Shown piece after piece: positions 26,360 to 38,170 of a DNA stretch of 64,000 nt. Origin of the DNA: Anthoceros angustus (Eukaryota > Plantae > Anthocerotophyta). The position numbers were made by a program, and so were the translations under genes. The notes under the pieces are model-generated. The model was not told the DNA's origin and made no database searches. It saw only the letters and a program-made list of their open reading frames with translations. The stretch's first letter is position 1. Each line of letters begins with the position of its first letter. The stretch covers positions 124,001 through 188,000 of the forward strand of contig MU008168.1 in assembly GCA_010909165.1 (NCBI GenBank), read 5' to 3'.

Positions 26360-29300
26360 CTAGTAAGGCCGATACACTCTACTGTCACTGTGATGCCATC
26401 TAGTAGGGCCAACACCCCCTGAAAGATTCTGTTGTGAAGGCTGCTGCTGATGAGGCTGTTGATGAGACTGCTGTTGATGAGGCTCATGTTCTCCCCTCTT
26501 CAATTCCACCTTGATACGCTTGCCCAGAAGGAGCATACCATTGACTTGCTGGATGGCTGCCTCAGCAGCTTTAGAAGAATCCATTGATACAAAACCTGCT
26601 TAAGATCATCAAATGCAGTGACCAAACAGGCTAGGATTTTAAGTGCAAAAAGGACAATAGAGAACACCAATCCCCAAAGAAAAACTCAAACAGGTATTAC
26701 TGTTCACGCAAAGCACAGACTAGAGGTGGATAATCTGGACGGCCCCCATGATCTGACACCTTCCTGTGCCTGCTGAGATACAGCTAACAGCATATGCTAA
26801 ATGACGACATAGTTGTCAAGAGGAAGTAACCTCTAGCTGCCATGAAGTAGCATTCTGAGGTGCAAAACAAACTAAAAGATTATCTCACTGCACGCAACTG
26901 TAATAACTACGACGAACAAGTGGAACACACCACTGCAGACAACACTGCACAATTTCCACAGAACATCAATCACCCTCTTGTGTCGTACTTTAGCACTACT
27001 ACATCAGGTCCAGTTTGGGTACATTTCTAGCATCTGAGCCAATGCAGTAACAAAATGCCAAGACTCTGCACCTGAACCAAACACTGGTGAGCTTGTCAAT
27101 GGACTGAACTACATTGAGAACCAGCTGATTCCCAGTGTGAACGAGCTGTTCCCATGTGACACAATCCCTTGCTGCAAGGGTTTCAAGCCTGCTGCTACCC
27201 AAACAGACGATCCTAATGCAGACATGGAAAGTTTTGTCTAATAAAAAATAGCATTAGTGGACAACCCAGCAATGAGTGTGCAAGAAGTTGAAGTCCTATC
27301 AAGAATTTCAAAGCAGTGACGCCTAGCCACACGGGACTTCACCTACTGTCTGGTGTTTAAAGGTCGGGACGCAATACCAGCTTATCAGACAGATTAAGAC
27401 AACATCCACCATTCAGAAAAGAACATAACACAAACAATCAAGGAAGCTGGCACCGTTTTCACCTGCAACCTATCATTGTCCCAAGCACCAGCACCAACAA
27501 CTAAAAACCTCTCTCTGAGATAGAGAGCAAGGGAAGGAAAAACTGTGAGCAGGGAGAGTTATTTGGATCACTCATTGGCCCTACGGTTAGGACTTGAAAG
27601 TGTTTTCCTTCTAGAATATGTCCAGGCTGACCATGGATATGCACAACATTGAAGGACACAACAGTGAGTGACACTACCGAAATAAAAGCAAACATTGCTT
27701 ACCATAGCCTTTCCCTCGCCCTGTCTCTTTCTCAACTCCAACTTTGGCGTACAAAACAGTGCCATAAGGAGTGAACAAATCTGCGAGTTTCTGATCACCC
27801 ATATCTTCAGGAATACCAAAAACAAACAAATTTGCACCTGCAGAGCAAATCTTGGTCAGCACATTTTCTTACCAGTGCAGTACAAAACCACATGGCTACT
27901 TCGAGTGTACCTTGCGGGCCACTTGTAGGCGCAGAGGACGAGACAGGGGCCGGAGGCTTTGAAGGAGGGGGTGTGTGAACAGGAGGCCTTTGATGAATGA
28001 TAGGGGGTGCAGACACTGATGACATTAAAAGGAAGTGAGCTAAGCAACAACAACAAATAGACTGCCGGCAATGAAGAATTTCAGAACAGAAAAAATGTGC
28101 TGCCATATACCATGAGGTCCATGTGGTGGCTGTTGCAGTGTGTGGGGAGGAGCCGCCAACAAAGGTGCAGAACCTTGAGAAGCCATGTGTGGGGTTTGTG
28201 TCATAGGATGTGTTTGGACAGGAGGGCCCCCAACTGGGTTTGGCTGAAGAGGCCTGGGAATCAACTGAGGCTGCGACACTGGCTGAGGCAAAGGACCTCG
28301 GGAGGGATGCTGCATTGCATGCGGAATTGGGGCCAACCCGTGAAGTTGACCAGGACGAGGCAATGGAAGAGGCAAAGGGCGAGGCATTAGCGCACCTTGC
28401 ATGGTGTGTGGCAGGGGACACGGTGCAGATTGCTGCATTTGTGCCCCTGGCTGCTGCAATTGTCCCTGGAGAGGCTGCATCTGACCCTTCGCTGACTGTT
28501 GTGCTTGGCTCTGGGCAGGCTGTGTAAGATGAACCTGAGGAGATTGGTTTTCCTGTTTCAATTGGCCAGAAACAGCTTGCGGCAGCTGGCTTGTGCCATT
28601 TTGACCCTGCAACCCTTGACCTGGAATTGACTGCTGCATTTGAGTTGGCCCTGAGGACTGCAGATGCACCGGTCCAGACTGTGATTGTGGAGGGTGATGC
28701 ATCTGTGCCTGGTTGAAATGTTGTGCTGCTTCTGCAGCAATCAAAGCAGCGGGCTTTTCCCACTGAGTGACTCCTGTGGTTGGATTGTGATAGAAAGGCC
28801 TGCCACTGGGAGCCTCATGCACAGTCCACTCCTCAGCAGGTTTGCTTTCTGCTGCAGCCCTAAACTGATCTTGAGAAGCAGCAAGTGGGGCCTGATAGTG
28901 GTTCTCTTGCCCAGGGTACTTCGCAGTATCTGTCACACCCTTGTAGTCACTATCGCCTGAGCCTTGGCCATTTGCCATTGCAGGCGCTTCCTGCAAATGG
29001 ACAGAATAAAGAATACATTTCAGTTAGAAAAGAGACCTGCCAACACAGATATCCAAACATGCAAATCCGTACGCATCAAAATAGAAGTCAGATATCACAA
29101 CAGTGTGGAAAAATGGACAAGATCAGATGCCACAACGTTGTGGAACAATAGACAAGATTTAAAACTGAAGTCCTGGGACTCACACACTTCGGTCGTAGAT
29201 CAGTTCAAAGCAAGGACTCAATCCAAGCCGCAGTAACTGACCCGGCCATATACTAGGGCTAATGGCTGATTGGAATCTCCAATTTCAGAGACCAGACTAT

Positions 29301-32300
29301 ATACAAACAAGTTGACGGGCTACTTTGAAAGAGGGACCTCCATGTTGCTTCATGAAGCAACAGATGCATGTGGCAAATTAAAAAGCTCCATGAGCCAGAG
29401 GACGTGTCATAATGCAATGCACATGGTCCCTTTTACTGCGGAGCAGCAACAAGAAACATCTCATCGGATATCATACAGGGATCATGGTAACAAAAATGAA
29501 GTAGGGAACCTGTGAGCATCATACGAACCTTCCACTGCATCTACTGGGTCATACAAAGTTGGTCCCATGTTACCATTGACCTAAATGGGCTTATTTGGTC
29601 ATCCAAATAAAGTCTCGAAAGGAGACCTTTCCACTTATCTTTTTCAGATTAAATGCACCAAGAATTGTACTAATCATTTGCATGCAAGTAAGGCCACGAA
29701 ACAGAAAACAAGACGAAAAAAAGGTTTTCAATCATGAATTTTAAGCAATCCCACTGCCGTTTACTGTGGACAAACTTTATAAGCACTTTCAGCAAACAAA
29801 TTACAGTTCACACATCAGCAGATAGAATCGGTCAGTTGCTTTAGCAATATCTAGCAACACACCAATCCGCAAGACTTTGAACACCTATCACCTTAGACTT
29901 TGGTGCTTTAACTGGAATGAAACCTCACAGCTTTAAGCCTTCCCAGCAAGTAAACAAATAAAACTTACTGCGACCGCCAAGCTCCATGCATGGACCTGAG
30001 AGTTGACAAAAGATTACCTACTTTGTCAAAAACTCATACAAGATGCATGGAGCCTACACACACATCTTGTGAGATGTGAAACATCCCCTCATCTAAAACG
30101 CACAAAGACTGAAACAACAAGAAACAATCCCGGCAGACAATGTCTCTGTGCTATTTGGTGGTACACCCATCTAAACCTTACTGGAAGTCAAATGTTAAAA
30201 TCACAGTCCTCCACAACAGAGGAACGTTGTCCAATCTGGACAGGCACTCTGAACAACGGCATATACAACTATCACCACACGACAGAAGCATGACAGTATC
30301 CACTTCAAGCACTTCAGAGAAAAAATAACGGCCTACATTTCCACTGGGGGAAGGCTGATAGAAGAACTTAGCCACAAGAAAGATAAACGAGGGGTCACAT
30401 TGCAAGCCTGACAGATTTATAATTCTAACAGCATTAACAACAAGGAAGAAGATCTGGAGTACGGGCCTAGAGAGATCTAGGCAGAAAGGCAATCCAAACT
30501 AAAATAAGGAATTATGTAGCCATTTACACAATAAAAACTAGACTCAGTACACTGGTCACCTGGATGCAAACGTCAAGACAAGACATCAGACAACAATCAG
30601 TGACACATGCAAAACACCACAAACTGATGTTGACTAAAGTAATCCACCATTTCGCATTCATAAGACTTGACTTCAAAGAAAGTTATTTCAGAATTGGAGA
30701 TCACTATGTACCCAAGAAATATGCAAAACACACCACCAGCCGGGAGTGCACCACACAACTCGTCTTCCATGGCAAGTCTCTTTTTCTTGTAAGGGTGGAA
30801 CATTCCTGACCTGATCTTGTCCTTGAGCAGCTACCAAAGCAGTTTTTCTTCTTGTGCGAAATTATATCCAGTCTTGTGCTTACATTCAAGTCAGACCTTA
30901 GATTTCTAGGCTAATTTCACCAGGCATAATCCCAAACTAGTTGATGCATCTACACTAAGTTCATCACTATCACTCTGCTAGTTGGGATACAATGCTACAG
31001 CTACTGCGCTTAAAGTACAGCACACCAGGATTAAAGCACAAGCACTGATATTATAAGTGTCTGACCTAAAGAAGTACAGCTTATGAGTTTGCCTGCTGTG
31101 TCAGTGCCATGACAAACAGAAAACATAACACAAATACAAGTGCAAAGCGGTCTCTACAAGTGGTACAAATGGATTGTTTATTACAATTCCAAGTTCTCTG
31201 TACGGTTTTTGGCAAGTTCCTTGTTGCAGATACTCAACAGAAAGCATGACAGAACCAGACAGCATGGACTCTGGACAACTACAGCTATGTAAGCAAACAT
31301 TAGGTGAAGACACTACAGATGCATACATACTAGGAAACAAAATTCTGTATGCAGATAGATGTATCATATATGTATTTAAATATATACACTGCCATAGGGG
31401 TTTAATTTTCATCAAATATCCACTACACACAACCAAGACCTCATTTTGACTGAGGCTGGGTCTTGGGAGGTATTTTCACATGATTACAGCAAATAACAAG
31501 GGATACTCGATCTGCTGTACATTGCACATTGACGGATTGCTTCCACTCAAGTTTGTTGCTAGACTAAGCATGGACTGAAACCTATCTAGCATATGGATTG
31601 ACATCCGATACAGACTCATAATGTGTGGTGTTCAGTCAGCATGCAACACAAATGCTTTCCACTATTGAAAGTCACGAACCATTCATGAGAATTCTAGGAC
31701 ATAACACATGCTTCATTGTGACTCGAAATAAAGGAAAGTGACGATCCTAGCAGACCATGTTAATTTCTGACCACACAGGATAACCATGTTTGGGAGCAAG
31801 TCATGGGAGACAAGATAAGTGATTACAGACAAGTCATGGGAGCAAGAGTGCCATCAAGTTTCTTCTCAATCACCAGAAGCAATGCTCATAGTTGGGATAA
31901 CATTCTATATAGACCGACAACTGCAGGAGAAGGATGCCTGCTCACGACTATCATGCCTCGGCTCTCCCTCTCTAAGCAGGAGTCCTAAATGGGTCCTAAA
32001 GATGTCACAATACTCTCACTCTCACAGAAAAACAGAAGACATGCAAGCAGAGACTTAAAGCACCCAAGAGGTAAAACTTCAACTATGACAGATGCCCTCA
32101 ACAATGTCCGTTCTAAAGAAACCTGCTATTGCTCTAGACCACCTATGTCAAAATATACACAAACACAACTACTTTGTAAAGCTTGTCGGAAATGGGTGCT
32201 TGTACCACAGCTGCTCAATATCCTAACAAAAATGCCCTGGCTCATCTACGTACATGAGGAATGCCAGTGCGCTGTAACTCATAAGCTCCCCATGCAGTAT

Positions 32301-33918
32301 TTGGACCAGTGGAATACTGCACACCGTTTTCCACCGCTACTGGCATCTGAAAGAAAGAGGGGCAACAAAAACTATCAACATATCCAATCCCACACGGAAC
32401 CTACTACAACTGTGCAATCAGTTCATTTGAGCTTGTTGAACCATCCCTCTATTTCAATGGATGATTTGACATAGATGTTTGAGGTTCAAGTTGGCGAAAA
32501 TCTCATCCAAATCAGTTCACCAAGAACAGACAAATATATCACTCAGAGCACAGTTGATTTCAAAACAAGATTGACATATGCTTCATCAGCAGCAGCATGG
32601 AATTCTTAGCGACAATGGACATAAAAGAAACTTGTAAAGTCTCCACGTTCTAGGACCTGAAGTCAGAGCGTACTTGGCTAAGACTCTTTTCATGCTAAGA
32701 ATGACCACAAGAGGGAAAGGGCAATGCAAGGATAGCCTCTTTCACATGCACTAAGGAGACACTCCCTTATCAATCCGAATGGAGACCTGAAGCTACCAGC
32801 TCACAAACTCTAGAGCTACACTAGAGTTACTATAGTTGGTGGAAAAGTCAGACTAACCTGGTGTATGCCGTAGCCATCAGCATAAATTCCCTGAGGTACA
32901 GATCCATAGGACGGAATATCTGAAGCAGCATATCCCCCGTTGTAAGTCCCAACAGCTGTGAGAGAGACGAACTGTAAGACAGGCTAAGAACAATGCTCAA
33001 TTCTGCAGATAGAAGAACCAAACTTGCACTCGGGTCACCAGTAGTAGTGTTGACACGGGCTCTCTTCTCCGCATTTGTTAATTCTGCACGCAGCTTTTCA
33101 ACCTCTCTTGCCATTGAAACCAGATTTTTCTCCATTGCTTGTCTCTGTTCTAGCTGTTCACTGTTTGCTTTTTTCTCATAATCAAACGCCGTCCTAGGTG
33201 AACACAGGAGCAGTGTCATGAAAGTTCCATCCAAATTTCTGAGCTTCTGGATTAGTCCCATTCCAGGACAACTAAGAGGCTGCAAGGTGAAACCGAATCT
33301 CTGGGAAAAGGCAACAGGCATGAGCATATCTTAGTAGTACCTTGCTCTCTGCAGTTCTTGTCGTAACCCTTCAATCTCAGTCCTGAGAGCAGGTACTTGC
33401 TGACCATCAGAGCGTAGCCTTTGTAGTTCTGCTGTGACCTGCTGGACCTGCTGCACAAGATCTGATCTCAAAGCATGAAGCTTTTGGTTCTCGGCCCGCA
33501 GCTGCAAAACATCAGACTTGATTGCCTCAGAGGATCTGAGTTCCGCTTCCTGTTTGTTAGTCTTATCAACAAGCATGCTTATTTGTCGCTCCTTCTCAGA
33601 CTGAAGTCCTTGCAACATCTGTTGCAACCGCTGCAACTCTTGTTGTGCAGCTGCAAGCTCTTGCCTAAGGGCCACATGAGTAGCCGCTAGCCGCTGGTTT
33701 TCTGTCAAAAGCCTTTGAATCTCAGCATGCTGTGTGGCGATCTTCTGCTCTAGGATGATAGGAGGAGCACCACCCATTACTTGCTGAGGCGTAACTATCT
33801 GCGGCCGAACTTGATACGGACCGCCTGGTCCAGGACGCATAATGCCGGGGCCTGGAGGAGGGCCTCTGACACCAGGATTGATTATATGCGGAGGAGGCAT
33901 CCTGGACCTTCCAGCCAT
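26360..33918 (-). CDS. FLX-like coiled-coil protein fused to a WW domain, a Q/P-rich low-complexity region and a CELF/BRUNO-like RRM (728 aa); exons 33918-33341, 33193-33039, 32955-32858, 28990-28111, 28015-27911, 27837-27703, 26595-26360
   Basis: FLX motifs [33 protein letters not shown] and [28 protein letters not shown]; [28 protein letters not shown]; [18 protein letters not shown]|[20 protein letters not shown]; C-terminal YRPY. All six introns are GT-AG with matching phases; 2187 nt in total. The join across 32857-28991 is inferred; the two halves are individually more certain. Confidence 0.75.
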
Positions 33919-34274
33919 ACAAGACTTGGAGAGAGCCTCTCAGGTCAGCCTGTCGAGAAAAACACAGGAAAACATATTGTGAAAAAAGCTGAAGAGGCAA
34001 CCAAAAAGGCCTCCCTCCTAACTACCAAACATGAGTAACTCCCACCTACTGTGCAATCACGATGGCATTGCTCGACCAGATCATTATCTCCGCCGCTGTA
34101 CGTTACGTACCCTTGGATATACTGAGTCACGTCATGATCACCACGCTCAGGTAAAGACGATAGCACTAGCTCGGCCTACTGACAGGTACTAACAATGAAA
34201 GCCAACTCAATTGTGCTATAAACAAGCACGAACAGGGTTGTCATGCCAAGTTTCACAGTCACTAATTCTCTGGA

Positions 34275-34332
34275 CACACACACCCAGACTCTCACACACA
34301 AACACACACAAACACACAAACACACACACAAC
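34275..34332. repeat. Interrupted (CA)n/(TG)n microsatellite upstream of the FLX-like start codon
   Basis: cacacacacccagactctcacacacaaacacacacaaacacacaaacacacacaca. Confidence 0.8.
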
Positions 34333-34937
34333 ACCGATTCCTGGAACACGCACTGCATCGAATCAAGACGTCGCAATGGATACCTTGAAAGCATGCACGA
34401 AAACGATAACCAATCACGGAAACAAGAGCTTTCAGAGAAGCAAAGGGTGTGAGAAAGTACCAAGGCAGCAGAGGGGCCGATCCCGGTCAGGATGCCGCAA
34501 AAGCCGGAAAGGACAAGTGGAAAAATGCCAAATCGGAGAGCGATGTGATTGAGCCTCAGGGGCTGGACGCCACAACCGGTCCGGGAGAGAAGGGAGGCCT
34601 ACGCCTACGCCAACTGGGGGGAGCAACAACCAGGCCTGGCCCTGCCGCAGAGAGCATGCACCGAGCGTGGAGGTGGTTAGCGTTGTTGCCCTAACCGCAG
34701 TCCGCCCATTGCCCGTTTTTACACTGCCTTCCCCAAACGGAAAGATCTGTACATATGTGGGTGCCCCTGCCCTGCGCAGTCCACTGTGGCTGCCGCTCCC
34801 GCTGCCGGGTTGGTTGTTGTGGGTTGGTTCATACAGGGTGCGGTTGCAGCAATTCTACCGACTCTCGACTCACTGGCTGCGTTTACGGACCTAGACAAGC
34901 GAGTCTAGTCTCTGTAATCCAGTCCTTCGTGCGAGAA

Positions 34938-36938
34938 ATGGAAAAAATGGTGGCAACCGCTGTTCCTTGCACTTGGTCCCGGGCCTGGGCCTGGGGCTGG
35001 CCCCGGCCCGCGCTGCCCAAGCAGCGCCTGCGCCTAGGCGTGCACGTGACGAAATGGGGAGCAGGCAGACGAGGTGCCGTCTCGGCACACGCTGTGGGCG
35101 GCAGCATTGCCCGCAGGCCGTACACTGCTGTTCTGATTGTGCCCACAGGCACGGGAGCCAGCATCGGTGGGTACGCGGGGGACGCGCTCCCGGTTGCCCG
35201 AGCCATGGCCTCGGTCGCCGACTGCCTCATCACCCACCCCAACGTGGGATTCAACTCCCCAGCCTCCTGTCCTGCCTGTTTTTGTGGGCGTTACTGGATG
35301 CAAGGAGCTGCCGGCTCACGCGTGGATGGATGGCTGGTGTGCGCAGGTGCTGAACGGAGCGATGTTGTACTGGCCGCTGCCCAACGCGCTCTACGTGGAA
35401 GGTTACGCTCTGGACCAGTTTGCAGCAGGGGGATGGGGTCTTGTGCCTGTGCATCAGAACAGAGTGGGTAAAGGTAGTGGAGGGGAGTGTGGTGGTCATC
35501 CCCTGCTGCCGGACCTGCCCTGCGCTCCTTCTGACCAGCAGCTGCGTCTCCCTTGCGTGAATCGCAGGTTGGTCTGATTCTGGATGCCGGTATAGAGGAG
35601 GAGCTGCGGCTGCGGCACCTCCAGGTTGCCGATGCTGCGCGGGCCACGTTGGGTCTGCCTGTGCTGGAGTACGCTGTTACGGACAAGCCACTGCAGGTGC
35701 CTGCCTTGCTTTGTCCCTCTGTGTCCGTGTCTGTGTCCGTCTCCGTCTCCGTCTGTTTGGCACTTTGGTGCGTTTCGGCGCTGGTTGCCGATGAAGCGAA
35801 GACCTGATCGGTGTAGGTCGAGAAATGGGTCGACCGGAAGACGGGAGCGTCTACTGGCCGGCTGGGGCAACCTGATTCACTTCTGCGAGCCGTGGATGGC
35901 TTGATCAAGAGTAGCGGAGTTGATGCAGTTGCAGTGGTGGCGCGCTTCCCTGATGACTCTTTAGATGAACTGGAGGATTACAGGCAAGGCCAGGTTGGTG
36001 GTGCGGTGTCCTTGCACACTCTTGCTAACTCAGCAGCTCCACTATGCTTCATTTTCTGCCCGTGCACTGCACAGGGTGTCGATGTCTTGGCCGGAGTCGA
36101 GGCGATCATCAGTCACATGGTGGTGAAAGAGTTCGGGATACCTTGCGCCCATGCGCCTGCTTTGTCTCCCTTGCCGTTTGATGCTTCCATCTCACCTCGA
36201 TCTGCAGCAGAGGAGGTCTGTCTGTGTTTCAGTCCCGGTGAAGAGTTGTGGGGATCTAGCAAATGGGCCTGCTTCACATGTTATCTATTTTGGCTGCAGC
36301 TAGGGTACACGTTTCTTCCATGCGTCCTGGCTGGGTTGAGCAATGCCCCCCAGTTTTCAAGGAAGGAGGATTCCCTTCTCCCCGGAAGAACCAGTGGAAG
36401 GAGCATCTGGGCAGATGATGTGGACTGTGTGATCGTACCGGGAAACGCATGTGGAGGTGCTGGAACTCTAGCTTTTTGCAGCCAGAGAGTGCGGAAGGTA
36501 CAATTTTCCCACGGGCCTCACTTAACTCTTCTTCCTTGTTTCTCTCGCGTGCGACCAGACCCTCACACCCATATAAATGCTTCCCCTCTCTATTATGTGT
36601 AACAGCCTTTGCTGATAGCCGTGGACGAGAATGAAACGGTTCTTGACGATACTCCAGAGAAGTTGAATTTGGATGCGGTGAGAAATTCTTTGATGCAGCA
36701 AGTAAGAAAAAGTCCAGCTTGATTACATCTCCACTTTGCTCACACTGTAACTGAACAGGTCAAGGTCGACAACTACTTGGAAGCTATCGGTGTGATGGCT
36801 GCACACAAAGCTGGAGTTAAGTACGCTACCTTACGTCGGAAAGGGGTACAGCACTTGCAACGGTGTCGTTTGCCTGATGGGTTGGACAGGACAGGTTCAG
36901 CACAAACTGCGGCATCGCAGTATGTCCTGATCACGTGA
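34938..36938 (+). CDS. DUF3326 protein (homologue of cyanobacterial syc1174-like proteins), probable plastid transit peptide, 8 exons
   Basis: YTAVLIVPTGTGASIGGYAGDALP, LITHPNVLNGAMLYW, LYVEGYALDQFA, GLILDAGIE, YRQGQGVDVLAGVEAIISH, PCAHAPAL, PRSAAEELGYTFLPCVLAGL, NYLEAIGVMAAHKAG; TGA at 36936-36938. Confidence 0.9.
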
Positions 36939-37137
36939 GGCGTTCGTTGAAGACTTGTCCAGTTCTGCAGAGTACCTACGCAGTGTCTGTACTCGTATGG
37001 TTGGCGTTGAAGACTTCAAAATAGCATTGGACAGAACGTCATCCTGTCTGTATATCGTGGGGTGGGTTGTGGTGCAAATCACGCCTAAGAAGCACGAGAC
37101 GGCTACTGTCAGTCGAAAACGATTTTTCCATCCTTGA

Positions 37138-37208
37138 GCGCTTGTAGTCGAACGGTTAGGATATCTACGGTTACAGCAAGAGATGCAGGGTCGACTCCCC
37201 GCAGGCGC
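37138..37208 (+). pseudogene. tRNA-Gly(TCC)-derived tRNA-like element
   Basis: GCGCTTGTAGTCGAACGGTTAGGATA..AGCAAGAGATGCAGGGTCGACTCCCCGCAGGCGC is colinear (71 nt) with plant tRNA-Gly(TCC); the acceptor stem pairs, while the anticodon and T stems are disrupted. Confidence 0.75.
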
Positions 37209-37451
37209 CTACCCTGTCGAGTATCCGCCATTGTCATTAAGAGAGAGGTGAGTCATATTTAGTTATGAAACTTGAAAACTAAAAGTTAGGAACCCTTGTG
37301 TAAATGCGGCCTCCCGCGTAGGCCAGTGTCCAACATTCAGGTGAATCAGTATCTAACAGTACAGTTTCCGAGTTGAAAGAGCAACACGGGAGGAAGGTAG
37401 GCACCAAGGCAATGTGGTACATAGTTGTACATACATACTGTGTGATGGATG

Positions 37452-37868
37452 TCAATGAGGTGGATTGGGCGGGCGCCGGCGCCACCGGAATTGGATCGAC
37501 TTCAAGAGGACAGCCAACGGGACAAGCAGCACCGGGAGCGCGACACAGCCCAAGCTCACAAGCCCCACGATGAAGCCGACCGAATGACTGCCCTGCACCA
37601 CAAGAACAATACCAGGAACGCTGCTGATGCCCATCCAAAAGAACACGAACACTGATACTGCAGACAACCCATCGCCTTGGAAGAACTTGTTTTCTTCAAA
37701 AATCTCGCTGAAGATCCACGACAGCACCATGACCTCCCCGGCAACGGATGTGAGGGTCCAGAGAGCGATGCCGACGATAAAGCCAGCGTTGGGCGCACCG
37801 TGCCCATCGTACGAGGCCTCGAAGGGTCCGGTGCTCACTGTAATCCCCCCGCCGCCGCTATCGCCCAT
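37452..37868 (-). CDS. Hypothetical single-exon membrane protein (138 aa, 3-4 hydrophobic segments)
   Basis: ATG at 37868; hydrophobic stretches GFIVGIALWTLTSVAGEVMVLSWIF, AVSVFVFFWMGISSVPGIVLVV and VGFIVGLVSLGCVALPVLLVPLAVLL are followed by a basic RWRRRP tail; no family recognised. Confidence 0.5.
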   Translation of the reverse strand: MGDSGGGGITVSTGPFEASYDGHGAPNAGFIVGIALWTLTSVAGEVMVLSWIFSEIFEENKFFQGDGLSAVSVFVFFWMGISSVPGIVLVVQGSHSVGFIVGLVSLGCVALPVLLVPLAVLLKSIQFRWRRRPPNPPH

Positions 37869-38170
37869 AGATATTTCTCCCACCACAAGGCTCAAAATAT
37901 TACGCTCACTCTCTGGCTGGTTGGAAAATCGTTTTCAGTACGAGCTGCTGCTGCGGCGGCTGCTGCCTGCTCCCTGTCCTCCTAAGACTGCAACGCCAGT
38001 TGGCGTGCTCGCTGCCGCGCTCAGCGGATGCATATGCTTTGACGGGACCAGCAGTCTAGTATGTAAGCGCCCAAACAAGCGTCACCCCCGCGTAGCTTGA
38101 GCCGGAAGTTTGGTCACACGATTGAATCGATCAAAAGCCACACCTGGAGAACCACGGCTGACAAGCAGAC

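Noticed and set aside
27807-28763. Alternative 318-aa minus-strand ORF
   Set aside because: Off-frame overlap of the WW/Q-rich exon; only its VSAPP..PQG segment is a real exon
37138-37208. Functional ochre-suppressor tRNA
   Set aside because: The anticodon and T stems do not pair, U33 and the TTC of the T loop are lost, and there is no terminator
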